A stretch of DNA of 64,000 nt from an uncultured Chloroflexia bacterium (GCA_963734535.1 CAVTHS010000014.1:1-64000), one strand, 5' to 3'. Shown: positions 29,091 through 39,793, counted from the first letter of the stretch. Numbers and translations are program-made. Notes: a model not told the origin generated them from the sequence alone.

Positions 29091-30268
29091 GCCGCACGCG
29101 GCCATGCGAGCACGAGGACATCCACGACCAGCTCGGGATTCGCGTTCGAATCGAGCAGCTCCGCGGACCGTGCGAGCCGGGCGAGGAACGCCGGAGCGGC
29201 ACCCGCGGGGAGAAGGGCCGCAGCCGTCTCGAGGTCGTCGATGAGCGCGAGGTCCACGGCGCGCTCGCGCCCGCCGGCCACGACCACGGCGAGGTCCCGG
29301 GCAACCGCTGTCCACGTCTCGAGGAGCGCCCGCGCCGCGAGTCGCCGCTCCGCCGGCGATGCACGTCCCGCCTTCGCCACGTCGGCCTGCCCGTCGGGCG
29401 GCGCCGCCGCCGAGGGTGCCGGCTCGGACGGTCGGCCGCCGGTTCCCCACGACTCGACGCCCAGGCCCACGAGGTCCGCCGCCCGGGTGAGCAGCTCGCG
29501 GCCGATTGCCAGGCGCCGCGCACGGTTCTCCGGGATCAGGTCGAGGAGCGTTCGTGCGATCTCCCCGCGAGCCTCGACGGCCCTTGGCGCGGCCGCGTAG
29601 GCGAGGGCAAGGCCCGGCCTGCCGCCGGCCACGCGGGCGAGTCGCGCTGCTCTCGGTGGGTCGATGCCGTGCTCGTCCAGCAAGACCTCGATCGCCCGGA
29701 TCCCCAGCGGCCCCAGGCGAAGCGTCGTCGCCCGCGACCGGACCGTCGGGAGCAGTCGCTCGGGCTCGTCGGCGCACAGGATCAGGGTCGCCCCGGGCGG
29801 CGGCTCCTCGAGGGTCTTGAGCAACGCGTTCTGGGCGTCCTCGTTCATCCGGTGCGCGCCCTCGATGACCGCCACGCGGTGGCGACCCTCCACCGGGAGG
29901 CGTGCCATCTCGTGGATCAGGTGGCGAACCGTGCCCGGGTCGGGGTCGCCCGGGTCGCCGATGCGGACCTGCCGGCCCGCCCCTTCCGGAGCCAGGCGGT
30001 GGAGGTCCTGGTGGGTGCCGCCGGCGACCAGGTGACAGGCACGGCAGGCGCGACACGGACGCGGGACGCCCTCCTCGGCGGCACAGAGCAGCCCGGCCGC
30101 CAGGTCCAGGGCGAGGGTGGTCTTCCCGACGGCGCCGGGACCGACCAGGAGCAGCACCTGCGGGACGCCGCGGGCAAGCATCCGCTCGACAGCCGTCAGC
30201 GCTGCCGGCTGGCCCCGGGTCGCGAATCGCGTGGCGAGACCGGCTGCCGCGCCGGTCTCGGGCGCCAT
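29087..30268 (-). CDS. holB: DNA polymerase III subunit delta' (clamp loader)
   Basis: GPGAVGKTT, C...PCRACRAC zinc module, HQDLH, AHRMNEDAQNALLKTLEEPP, LLPTVRSR; start uncertain. Confidence 0.88.
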   Translation of the reverse strand: MAPETGAAAGLATRFATRGQPAALTAVERMLARGVPQVLLLVGPGAVGKTTLALDLAAGLLCAAEEGVPRPCRACRACHLVAGGTHQDLHRLAPEGAGRQVRIGDPGDPDPGTVRHLIHEMARLPVEGRHRVAVIEGAHRMNEDAQNALLKTLEEPPPGATLILCADEPERLLPTVRSRATTLRLGPLGIRAIEVLLDEHGIDPPRAARLARVAGGRPGLALAYAAAPRAVEARGEIARTLLDLIPENRARRLAIGRELLTRAADLVGLGVESWGTGGRPSEPAPSAAAPPDGQADVAKAGRASPAERRLAARALLETWTAVARDLAVVVAGGRERAVDLALIDDLETAAALLPAGAAPAFLARLARSAELLDSNANPELVVDVLVLAWPRAA

Positions 30269-30422
30269 GCGCGTTCCCGGCGCTCGGCCCGTGGCGGCCG
30301 GCGAACGCGGGCCGGCGGAGGGGCGAGCGGATCCGGTCGACGGGCGCGCGCCAGAAGCCGGCGGTTCCCCGCCGGCCTCCGACGGGCCCGTGCCGCGTCC
30401 CGCCATGCGTCGGGACCCGGGC

Positions 30423-32537
30423 TCAGGCGCCTTCGACGGGCGCTGCTGCCTTCCGAACGTACCGGCGCTTCGGGGCCGGTGCATCTGCGGTCGCCGGGGC
30501 ATCCGCCGCGGATGCCGTCGGCGCGACCGATGCGGCCGCTGCCCGTGGGGCTCGGCGCTTCGGGGTGGCCGGCATGACCGCCTCCACCGGCGCCGCGGGT
30601 GCCGCCTCGACAGCCGCGGCCTTCGGTCGGGCGACCCGGCGCTTCGGGGCCGCAGGGACCTCGGGCGTGGGCTCGACCGGCGGTGTCGCCGGGAGGATTC
30701 GCGCCGCCGCCGATGCGGCCGCGCCCGTGGCCCGACGACGTCGGGCCGGCGCGGGAGCGGACTCGGGCGCCTTCTCGACGGTCGGGGCCGGGACCGGGTC
30801 CAGGGCGGCGGCCGCGGCACCTGCGGCCCGCCTGCGTCCACGCCCGCGCGCCGGCGTCGACGTGTCGGGTTCGGCCGCGACGGCCTCGCCCTGGGCAGAC
30901 GCGCTCCCAACCGGGACAGCGGCGCCCGCGGCCGGTCGCGTCTCGGCCTGGCGGCCGAGCTTCTGCGCCAGCTGTGCCTTCAGGAGCTCCTCGAGCTCCG
31001 GTGGAACCTCGCTCCACGGCTCGCTGCTTCCCGAGCGCCCCTCGAGGCGCTCCGGACGGGCCTGTACCGGCCGGCCGGCGTCGCGACGCGGGGCTGCATC
31101 ACGTCGCGGCGCCACGTCGCGGCGCGGTCCTGCATCGCGATTCACCCCACCCCGGCCGGCAGGCTCGCCGAAGCGCACCGACCCGCCGGCGCTGCTCGGC
31201 GCGCCTCCCCGACCGTACCGCTCGCGATCGATCGCCGCGGCGTACGAGCCGGCTCGACCGCGACCACCGCGGTTCCCCTGGGTCGGCTGACCGCCACGGG
31301 CACCCTGCCCGCCGCGGTTCCGGCGCTCCGCGAGCAGATACTCGGGGATCTCCGGCTCGTCGTCGAACTCCTCGTCCTCCGTCGTCGGTCGACCGGCGAC
31401 TGGGGCGGCAACGCCGATCTGGGAGTCCCACACCGAGCCGAACGCGGCCGGGCGGGGTGCCGGGCGCGGTGCCGGGATGGATTCGTCGTCCACCTCGAAC
31501 TCGAGCTCGGCGTCCTCGGCGGTGAGCGCCGCTACGGGAAGCGGCTCGGCCGCGCCGTCCGCCGCTGTCTCCACGCCGCCCTCGTGGCCACGGCCACGGC
31601 CACGGCCACGGCCGCCGCGTCGCCGACGGCGCCGCGGCGCATCCTCGTCGCCCTCCGTCTCGGGCGCGCCGGGCGCGCCGTCCGCACCTGCTGGAGCGAC
31701 CACCTCCTCGTCGTCCGTCGCGACCGGCTCGGCCGGCACGGGGGTCGTGGCCGCGGCACGGACGGTCCGGGCCTTCGAGAGCTTCTCGCCGGGCAGCGCG
31801 ACGATCGCGACCTGCTCCTCGACCTCGTCGACCGGCCCGCGCTCGTCGGCGACGATCGCCTCCACGCGCCGCGTGCGCGGGGCGCGAACGGCGCGCTCGA
31901 CGGAAGTCCGTGAAGCGGCCACGGGCTCGCGTTCCACGCGGACGCGCCCCCGGCCGCGGCCACGACCGTGGCCCGTCCCTTCGGACAGCTTGTCGGGGAC
32001 CTCGGTCATGGACAGGTCCTCGTCGTCCGACGGGACGCGGCGCCCGGATACCGTGGATGCCCGCTCGACCTTGGCGAGCTGCGTGATGTCCGTGAACTTG
32101 TCCGCGACGTCCATCAGGTCCGAGCTGGTGTTGCCCCGGAAGCTGATGACCTCGACGCGCACGCCCATCTCCTGGACTGCACGGATCGCCGGCGCGAAGT
32201 CGCCGTCACCGGAGACCACGACGGCCACGTCGAGGTTCCGGGCGGTCTTCATCATGTCGACGACCAGCTCGATGTCGAGATTCGCCTTGACCTTCCCGTC
32301 CCCGTACTTCCGGATGTCCTTGCTGACGACCCGGAAGTCGTGGCGCGAGAGGAAGGAGTGGAAGTTGCGCTGGTTCTCGTTGTCCGGGTCCAGCCCGGTG
32401 TATGCGTATGCCCGGACGAGATCGCGTCCGGCTGTTGCCGCCTTCAGCAGCAGGACGTAGTCGATGTCCGCCCCGGCCGCCTTGGCCGCGTAGAAGATGT
32501 TCGCGACGTCCACGAAGACGGCGACGTTCTTGCCCAC
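30423..32537 (-). CDS. NYN (LabA/DUF88, PIN-like) domain protein with a long low-complexity C-terminal tail
   Basis: AVFVDVANIFY, KANLDIELVVDM, VVSGDGDFAPAIRAVQEMGVRVEV, LMDVADKF in the first ~160 aa; the remaining ~540 aa are rich in A/P/R/E/G. Confidence 0.88.
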   Translation of the reverse strand: MGKNVAVFVDVANIFYAAKAAGADIDYVLLLKAATAGRDLVRAYAYTGLDPDNENQRNFHSFLSRHDFRVVSKDIRKYGDGKVKANLDIELVVDMMKTARNLDVAVVVSGDGDFAPAIRAVQEMGVRVEVISFRGNTSSDLMDVADKFTDITQLAKVERASTVSGRRVPSDDEDLSMTEVPDKLSEGTGHGRGRGRGRVRVEREPVAASRTSVERAVRAPRTRRVEAIVADERGPVDEVEEQVAIVALPGEKLSKARTVRAAATTPVPAEPVATDDEEVVAPAGADGAPGAPETEGDEDAPRRRRRRGGRGRGRGRGHEGGVETAADGAAEPLPVAALTAEDAELEFEVDDESIPAPRPAPRPAAFGSVWDSQIGVAAPVAGRPTTEDEEFDDEPEIPEYLLAERRNRGGQGARGGQPTQGNRGGRGRAGSYAAAIDRERYGRGGAPSSAGGSVRFGEPAGRGGVNRDAGPRRDVAPRRDAAPRRDAGRPVQARPERLEGRSGSSEPWSEVPPELEELLKAQLAQKLGRQAETRPAAGAAVPVGSASAQGEAVAAEPDTSTPARGRGRRRAAGAAAAALDPVPAPTVEKAPESAPAPARRRRATGAAASAAARILPATPPVEPTPEVPAAPKRRVARPKAAAVEAAPAAPVEAVMPATPKRRAPRAAAASVAPTASAADAPATADAPAPKRRYVRKAAAPVEGA

Positions 32538-32623
32538 GTTGACTCCTCAATGTTCTCTGGCACAGGTGCCAAGCTTCCGCTCCACACCTGCGGGCCGGGC
32601 GGCGCCGCGCGCCGTGTTCGGCC

Positions 32624-33088
32624 TTACCCCCTGCCGGCGGAAGCCCGCTCCGCCCGGATCAGACATTCGATGCGAGGCCCCGCCGCGGCGAAGCCGAAGC
32701 GCTCCCAGACGGGCAGGGCGTACCCCGCGTATCCGAGCGCCGCCTCGACGACGGTGCAGCCCTTGTTCCGCGCCGATCGGAGCAGCTCCTCGACCAGGAC
32801 GCCGGTCACCTGTTCCTGGTCGTGACGCGGATCCACGACAAGGAGGTCCACGGCGCCGACGTAGCCGCCGGCGTGGACGGACGGCCGGAGGGCGAGAACC
32901 GCCAGCCCGGCCAGCGCGCGAAGCGTTTCCGCGACGAGGACGCTCGCTTGCGGAAGATAGACGAGCTGCCGCAGCAGGTCACCGGCGTCGAGGGTCGCGG
33001 TCGAACCGGCGGCCGGAGCGGTCGCCGACCAGAGCGCCATCATGCGCTCGACGTCGGTGATGCGTGCTGCTCGAACCTGGTACTCCAC
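32624..33088 (-). CDS. GNAT family N-acetyltransferase
   Basis: VRAARITDV, VDLLVVDP, LVEELLRSARNKGC, WERFGF; the acetyl-CoA loop looks degenerate. Confidence 0.75.
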   Translation of the reverse strand: MEYQVRAARITDVERMMALWSATAPAAGSTATLDAGDLLRQLVYLPQASVLVAETLRALAGLAVLALRPSVHAGGYVGAVDLLVVDPRHDQEQVTGVLVEELLRSARNKGCTVVEAALGYAGYALPVWERFGFAAAGPRIECLIRAERASAGRG

Positions 33089-33240
33089 CCGGCGGGCCCG
33101 CGACCTCGCACTTTGGATGCGACCCGGCACGTACAGTGAACGGTCCTCGGACGGGCTCGACCGGGAACCTGGCGTCGCAGCGCCGCACCGGGGCGGCGAG
33201 CGTGCATCACGCTCGGCCGGACCACGCCGGGGCGCGCGAC

Positions 33241-33279
33241 GCCGTATTGCATTCGGGTCGCTGCTGACTAATATACGGC
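33241..33279 (+). promoter_or_regulatory. Promoter of the liv operon framed by an inverted repeat
   Basis: TTGCAT (33247-33252)-16 bp-TAATAT (33269-33274), flanked by GCCGTAT/ATACGGC arms. Confidence 0.5.
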
Positions 33280-33453
33280 ATCTCTCCGGCTGCAACGCAG
33301 GAGAGTCCAAGTGGGCCCCCGCCCGAACAAGCCCCGCCGTCCGCCACGTGCCCCTGGGGAGGGATGCGCGTCGTCCAAACGGAGACGGGGAATGCGCGAT
33401 CACCGCGGGCGACAGCCGCGCACGCAGGGCGGGGGATAGAGGAGGAGACGCTC

Positions 33454-34731
33454 ATGAAGTTCGCCCGAGTGGGTGCAGTCATTGCCGTCGCGGCAATCGT
33501 GGTTTCCGCGTGCAGCGGCAGCGCGACCCCGGCCCCGAGCGCCGCAGCGAGCGCCGCGGCCAGCGCAGGGGCGAGCGCCGCGGCGGGCAGCGTCGACGTC
33601 AAGATCGGCATCGAGCTTCCGCTGTCAGGTGCCGACCTTCCGAACGGCGATCCGACGCTCAAGGGCGTCCAGCTGGCGCTCGAGCAGATCCAGGTTCCCG
33701 GCTACAACGTCACCTTGAATGTCCAGGACGACGCGGTCAACGGCGTCCACGACCCGCAGCAGGGCGCCAAGAACATCTCGACGCTCGTCAACGACCCGAC
33801 CGTGATGGGCGTCGTCGGCCCGTTCAACTCCAACGTGGCGAAGGCCGAGATCCCGATCTCGAACGCGGCCGGCCTGGTCCAGTGCAGCCCGGCGAACACG
33901 AACATCTCGCTGACCAAGCCCGAGTTCGGCGCTCTCGACCTGCGCAAGGCGAACCCTGACAAGATCGCCTACGTCCGCGTCGCGACCACCGACGACATCC
34001 AGGGCGCGGCCGGCGCTGACATCGCCTACACGATCGTCAAGGCGCGCAAGGCCTTCGTGATCGACGACACCGAGACCTATGGCAAGGCCCTCTCCGATCA
34101 GTTCGTGGCCACGTTCACGAAGCTGGGCGGCACGGTCATCGATGGTGGATCGCACGGCGTTCCCAAGTCCGGCCAGGGCGACTTCACGAGCCTCCTCAGC
34201 CTGGCCAAGGCGCAGAACCCGGACTTCGTCTTCTTCGGCGGCGTCACCGCGACCGGAGGCGGCCTCCTCCGCAAGCAGATGGTCACCGCCGGCATGGCCG
34301 CGATCCCGATGGGCGGGGGCGACGGCCTCAGCGACGGAGCCGCCAGCGTCAAGGGCTCGTTCCTCAACCTCGCGGGTGACCAGGGCGATCCGAACACGTA
34401 CATGACGGTCGCCGCGACACACGACATCCCCAACCCGGAGAAGTTCGCCGCGGACTACAAGGCCAAGTTCAACGCAGAGCCTGGCGCCTACAGCGCTTCC
34501 GGGTATGCCTGCGCCCAGACCATCCTCGAGGCAATCAAGAACGTCGGTGGCGACCGCGAGAAGGTTCGCGCCTACGTGACCGACCCCTCCCACACCTACG
34601 ACACCGTCCTGGGCAAGTTCTCGTTCGACAAGAACGGCGACACGACCCAGCGCATCATCTCGGACTACACGTTCGACCCGGGCACGAAGGACTGGAAGTT
34701 CGTCTCCCAGAAGGACTTCGGGGCCGCCTGA
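33454..34731 (+). CDS. livK: Branched-chain amino acid ABC transporter substrate-binding lipoprotein
   Basis: VSAC lipobox, KIGIELPLSG, GVVGPFNSNVA, SPANTN, DDTETYGKAL, VLGKFSFDKNGD. Confidence 0.9.
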   Translation: MKFARVGAVIAVAAIVVSACSGSATPAPSAAASAAASAGASAAAGSVDVKIGIELPLSGADLPNGDPTLKGVQLALEQIQVPGYNVTLNVQDDAVNGVHDPQQGAKNISTLVNDPTVMGVVGPFNSNVAKAEIPISNAAGLVQCSPANTNISLTKPEFGALDLRKANPDKIAYVRVATTDDIQGAAGADIAYTIVKARKAFVIDDTETYGKALSDQFVATFTKLGGTVIDGGSHGVPKSGQGDFTSLLSLAKAQNPDFVFFGGVTATGGGLLRKQMVTAGMAAIPMGGGDGLSDGAASVKGSFLNLAGDQGDPNTYMTVAATHDIPNPEKFAADYKAKFNAEPGAYSASGYACAQTILEAIKNVGGDREKVRAYVTDPSHTYDTVLGKFSFDKNGDTTQRIISDYTFDPGTKDWKFVSQKDFGAA

Positions 34732-34758
34732 GCCGTTCGCCGTTCTGCTGAGCAACAT

Positions 34759-34792
34759 GAGCGAGGCCGGGCGCACTCGCCTGGCCTCGCTC
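34759..34792 (+). terminator. Strong hairpin between livK and livH (partial terminator or mRNA stabiliser)
   Basis: GAGCGAGGCCGGGCG-cact-CGCCTGGCCTCGCTC, a 15-bp stem with one G-U pair and no U tail. Confidence 0.55.
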
Positions 34793-34809
34793 GATCATCC
34801 CACCCGCCG

Positions 34810-35796
34810 ATGAGACTCCGATCGCGCCGAAGCCTGCTGGTTCCGGCAGTGCTGCTGCTCCTCGCCGTGCTCGATTGGGCATACGTCGGGACCGAGCAGT
34901 TCGTGAACGCCCTGACCATCGGGGCTGTGTATGCCCTGATCGCCCTGGGCTACACGATGGTCTACGGGATCATCGAGCTGATCAACTTCGCCCACGGCGA
35001 CGTCTTCATGGTCGGCTCGTTCGTGACCTACTGGCTCCTCACGAGCCTCGGGTACAACGGCACCATCTCGGATGTGCCACTCCTCATCGTCGTGGTCCTC
35101 GGAACGTTCCTGTTCGCGATGGTGCTCCTGGGCGGGATCGGCGTGATCATCGAGCGATTCGCCTACCGGCCGCTTCGCAACGCACCCCGCCTTGCTCCCC
35201 TGATCACGGCGATCGGGGTGAGCTTCATCCTCCAGAACATCATCCAGATCTTCTTCGGGCCATCACCGGTCTCGGCCCCGCAGGTCATGGACGTCCAGGC
35301 GCGGGTGAGCATCGGCGGCGTGGACGTGTCGGTCGTCAAGCTGTTCGTGATCGGCGTTGCGTTCGTCCTGATGATCGCCCTTCAGACGTTCGTCTCACGG
35401 ACGCGGATGGGGCGCGCCATGCGTTCCACGGCCATCGACCGTGACGCGGCCCAGCTGATGGGCGTCGACATCAATACCACGATCGCGGTGACGTTCTTTC
35501 TCGGCTCGGCGCTTGCCGGAGCCGCCGGCGTGGTGCAGGTCCTGTACCTCGGAACGACCAACTTCCAGCTGGGCTTCCAGGCCGGCCTCAAGGCGTTCAC
35601 GTCCGCCGTCCTGGGCGGGATCGGCAACATCACGGGCGCTGCCCTCGGGGGCTTCCTGATCGGATTCATCGAGGTGAACAGCACGGTGGCCGGGTACGGG
35701 CGCTGGAGCGAGGCGATCGTGTTCGGCATCCTCGTTCTCGTCCTCGTCTTCCGCCCCACGGGCCTCCTGGGCCAACAGCTCGGAGAGCGGGCGTGA
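34810..35796 (+). CDS. livH: Branched-chain amino acid ABC permease
   Basis: YALIALGYTMVYGIIELINFAHGDVFM, ERFAYRPLR, LKAFTSAVLGGIG, RPTGLLG. Confidence 0.95.
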   Translation: MRLRSRRSLLVPAVLLLLAVLDWAYVGTEQFVNALTIGAVYALIALGYTMVYGIIELINFAHGDVFMVGSFVTYWLLTSLGYNGTISDVPLLIVVVLGTFLFAMVLLGGIGVIIERFAYRPLRNAPRLAPLITAIGVSFILQNIIQIFFGPSPVSAPQVMDVQARVSIGGVDVSVVKLFVIGVAFVLMIALQTFVSRTRMGRAMRSTAIDRDAAQLMGVDINTTIAVTFFLGSALAGAAGVVQVLYLGTTNFQLGFQAGLKAFTSAVLGGIGNITGAALGGFLIGFIEVNSTVAGYGRWSEAIVFGILVLVLVFRPTGLLGQQLGERA

Positions 35797-36993
35797 GCGG
35801 GCGGCGCCTCCAGGGCGGCAGCGCTCCGCTCAGGCTCCTGCCCGGCGCGGTCCGCGGCACGCATCGAGCGCTTCGCGGGCCGTCACCAGTCGCTGGCCGT
35901 CCTCGTCGGGGTGGCGCTCGTCGGCGCCTTCCTCCCGGTCATCGTCGGTGTCCCGCCGTTCTCGGGATTCGGGAACCGGAATGACTTCGTGGACGGGTTC
36001 GCGAACGCGGGGGTCTTCGTCCTCCTCGCGCTCGGGCTCAACGTGGTGGTGGGTCTCGCCGGCCTCCTGGACCTGGGCTACGCGGCGTTCTTCGCGATCG
36101 GCTCGTACGCCTACGCCTACAGCGCCTCGCCATTCTCCCACCTCGACGTCCCGTTCTGGCCGATGCTCATTGTTGGCGCGCTGATCGCGGCGACGTTCGG
36201 CATCCTGCTCGGCGCGCCCACCCTCCGCCTGCGCGGCGACTACCTCGCCATCGTCACCCTCGGCTTCGGCGAGATCGTCCCCGTTGTCTTCCTCAACAGC
36301 GACACCTACACGAACGGCACCAATGGCATCAGCGCCGTCTACCAGCCCAGCCTGTACGGCCTGGCCGGGATCGGCAGCTTCGGGTTCGGCAACCCGTGGC
36401 CCTACTACATCACGGTTCTGGCGATCGTGGCAGTCGCCATGATGCTGCTCTACCGGTTACAGGATTCGAGGCTGGGCCGGGCGTGGGTCGCCATCCGCGA
36501 GGACGAGGTGGCGGCCGCGAGCATGGGCGTCAACACCGTCACCACGAAGCTGCTCGCCTTCGCCATCGGCGCGTCCACTGCCGGACTGGCCGGCGTCTTC
36601 AACGCTTCCAAGCTCTCCCTCGTCAGCCCGGACCAGTTCGGGTTCACCGTCTCCTTCACCATCCTGGCCATGGTCGTGCTCGGCGGCATGGGCAACATCT
36701 GGGGCGTCGCGATCGGGGCGTTCGTGCTCTACGAGATCCAGAGCGTCTTCCTGAAGCAGCTGACCAACTTCGTCCACGGCATCCACCTGCCGGCGGTGGA
36801 CCTTGGATTCCTGCGCGTCGACATCTCCAGCATCGACTTCGTCCAGTACCAGTTCCTGCTCTACGGCCTGGCCCTGGTGGCCATGATGCTCCTGCGGCCC
36901 GAGGGCCTGTTCCCGAGTCGCCAGCGGAGGCGGGAGCTGCATGAATCCGCGGAGGAAGCCGCCGAGTCGAACGAGGACGTGGTGCAGGCATGA
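35793..36993 (+). CDS. livM: Branched-chain amino acid ABC permease (5' end probably frameshifted)
   Basis: LGLNVVVGLAGLLDLGYAAFFAIG, LRLRGDYLAIVTLGFGEI, GRAWVAIREDE, RPEGLFP. GTG at 35793 overlaps the livH stop, but the main frame opens later. Confidence 0.92.
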
Positions 36994-37997
36994 GCGGAGA
37001 GGCCCCCAGCCTGGTCTTGTCCGCGAGCGGCGTCACGAAGCGGTTCGGTGGCCTCCTTGCAGTGAACGCGGTCGACTTCGACATTCCGGAAGGATCGATC
37101 GTCAGCCTGATCGGGCCCAACGGCGCGGGCAAGACGACGTTCTTCAACGTTGTTGCCGGCCTCTACGAGCCGACGCACGGATCAGTCCGCTTCATCGGCA
37201 ACGAGATGATCGCTCGCGGCCGCCGAGTCTGGGCCGAGCCGCTCATCTGGGTGCTCCCGACGGTCGTCGTCGCGCTCCTGGGCGCCCTTCTCGAGGTGTT
37301 GACCGGGTCCGGAGTGGCACTGGCTCTCGCAATGCTGGTCGCGCTCGGCCTCCTCATCACGATGTTCCTGCTGGCGATCGTCCGGCCACCGATCTACGAG
37401 CACATGCTGCACCGGCTCGGCATCTTCAAGAGCGCCCGGCCGAACGACATGGTGATGGCAGGGCTGGGCCGAACCTTCCAGAACATCCGCCTGTTCAAGA
37501 CGATGACGGCCCGCGAGAACGTCATGGTGGGAATGCATAGTCGGCTGCAATCGACCGTGCTCGACGCGGGGCTGCGGCTGGCGCGCCACCGGCGCGAGGA
37601 GAACGAGGCAGACGCCCAGGCGAGCCGGTGGCTGGCGTTCGTGGGGCTGAAGGGCAAGGGCGGCGAGATCGCACGCAACCTCTCGTATGGAGACCAGCGC
37701 CGTCTCGAGATCGCCCGCGCCCTTGCGAGCCAGCCGAAGCTCCTCCTCCTGGACGAGCCGACGGCCGGCATGAATCCATCCGAGACGGCGCAGATGATGA
37801 CCCTCTTCGGGCGCATCCGGACCGACCTCCACCTGACCATCCTGTTGATCGAGCACGACATGCAGGTGGTCATGGGCGTCAGCGACCGCGTGACGGTCCT
37901 CGACCATGGCGAGAAGATCTCCGAGGGAACACCGGACGAGGTCCGCCGCGACCCCCGGGTCATCGAGGCCTACCTCGGGAAGGGAGCGAGCCAGTGA
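36990..37997 (+). CDS. livG: Branched-chain amino acid ABC ATPase with an internal hydrophobic insertion
   Basis: GPNGAGKTT, RTFQNIRLF, LSYGDQRRLEIARAL, LLDEPTAGMN, IEHDM, VIEAYLG; ~75-aa hydrophobic insert after GSVRFIG. Confidence 0.92.
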   Translation: MSGEAPSLVLSASGVTKRFGGLLAVNAVDFDIPEGSIVSLIGPNGAGKTTFFNVVAGLYEPTHGSVRFIGNEMIARGRRVWAEPLIWVLPTVVVALLGALLEVLTGSGVALALAMLVALGLLITMFLLAIVRPPIYEHMLHRLGIFKSARPNDMVMAGLGRTFQNIRLFKTMTARENVMVGMHSRLQSTVLDAGLRLARHRREENEADAQASRWLAFVGLKGKGGEIARNLSYGDQRRLEIARALASQPKLLLLDEPTAGMNPSETAQMMTLFGRIRTDLHLTILLIEHDMQVVMGVSDRVTVLDHGEKISEGTPDEVRRDPRVIEAYLGKGASQ

Positions 37998-38752
37998 CCG
38001 CCACGGCGGGCGCGGCCACGCCCTCCACCAGCCCGGCCCAGCAGCCGCTCCTCCGGCTGGACGACGTCAACACCTACTACGTGCATATCCACGCGCTGCA
38101 GGGGATCACCCTGGAGGTCTTCCCGGGCGAGATCGTGACGCTGCTGGGCGGGAATGGCGCCGGCAAGACGACCACGCTGCGCACCATCAGCGGAATGATC
38201 CACCCGCGCTCGGGCACCGTCCACCTGGGCGGCGACGACATCACCCACGTGCCGGCCCACAAGCTCGTCCGCCGGGGAGTTGGCCACGCGCCCGAGGGAC
38301 GCCGCATATTCGGCCGGATGACCGTCCTCGAGAACCTCCAGATGGGCGCCTACACCCGGAGCGACAAGGGCGAGCTCCAGGCGGATTTCGACCGCGTCTT
38401 CGAGCTGTTCCCCCGGCTCCGCGAGCGAAGCAGCCAGGCCGGCGGGACGCTCTCCGGTGGCGAGCAGCAGATGCTCGCGATCGGGCGTGCGTTGATGACC
38501 CACCCGACGCTCCTTCTGCTGGACGAGCCGTCGATGGGCCTCGCGCCGATCCTCGTGGAGCAGATCTTCCAGGTCATCCGCGACATCCACGCGCAGGGGA
38601 CGACGGTCCTCGTCGTGGAGCAGAACGCGCTGATGGCCCTCGGGATCGCCCACCGGGGCTACATCCTCCAGACCGGCCGGATCGTCCTCGAGGACACGGC
38701 CCAGAACCTGCGCCAGAACCCGGAGGTCCAGAAGGCCTACCTGGGCGGCTGA
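37994..38752 (+). CDS. livF: Branched-chain amino acid ABC ATPase
   Basis: GGNGAGKTT, APEGRRIF, LSGGEQQMLAIGRAL, LDEPSMGLAP, VEQNA. Confidence 0.95.
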   Translation: MTATAGAATPSTSPAQQPLLRLDDVNTYYVHIHALQGITLEVFPGEIVTLLGGNGAGKTTTLRTISGMIHPRSGTVHLGGDDITHVPAHKLVRRGVGHAPEGRRIFGRMTVLENLQMGAYTRSDKGELQADFDRVFELFPRLRERSSQAGGTLSGGEQQMLAIGRALMTHPTLLLLDEPSMGLAPILVEQIFQVIRDIHAQGTTVLVVEQNALMALGIAHRGYILQTGRIVLEDTAQNLRQNPEVQKAYLGG

Positions 38753-38795
38753 GCCCGCACCGCAGCCTCCATCCACGCCCCAGGTCGCGGGCGCC

Positions 38796-39226
38796 CTACT
38801 CTGGCCGAGCCCCGAACAGCTCCGCTGTGGCGAAGGCCAGTCCGACCACGCCGGCCGCAGCCAGCCAGACGCCCGGCGCGCGGTCCGGCAGCATCGTCCC
38901 GAAGCCGCCCGAGTCGAGGGCGATCCCGACCGAGCGAAGGACGAGGCCCAGCGCTGCGATCACGGCCAGGGCGGCATAGGCCCACCAGCGGTCGACGGCC
39001 ACGGGCCGGTCCCCCATCGCGTAGGGCAGGGTCACCAGCGCCAGGGTCGCGAGCGCGGCGAGGAAGGCCAGGATCCCGGCGCCGAAGAACCCGTTGCCCT
39101 CCAGGGCGGGAATCCCCTCGGCGCCGCCGGCCCGAAACCACGGCAGCGCGCAGCCGACGACGATGAGGATCGCCGACACCGTGGCGACCCAGCGCCCGCG
39201 GCCCAGCGATCGGCGGTGCAGCGACA

Positions 39227-39227
<1 letters not shown>
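38796..39227 (-). CDS. Hypothetical membrane protein
   Basis: About 4 hydrophobic segments, GCALPWF motif; start overlaps the hpt stop. Confidence 0.7.

Positions 39228-39789
<562 letters not shown>

Positions 39790-39793
<4 letters not shown>

Noticed and set aside
31586-31613. GGCCAC hexamer microsatellite
   Set aside because: It simply encodes the Gly-Arg repeat of the NYN protein tail and is not a separate element.
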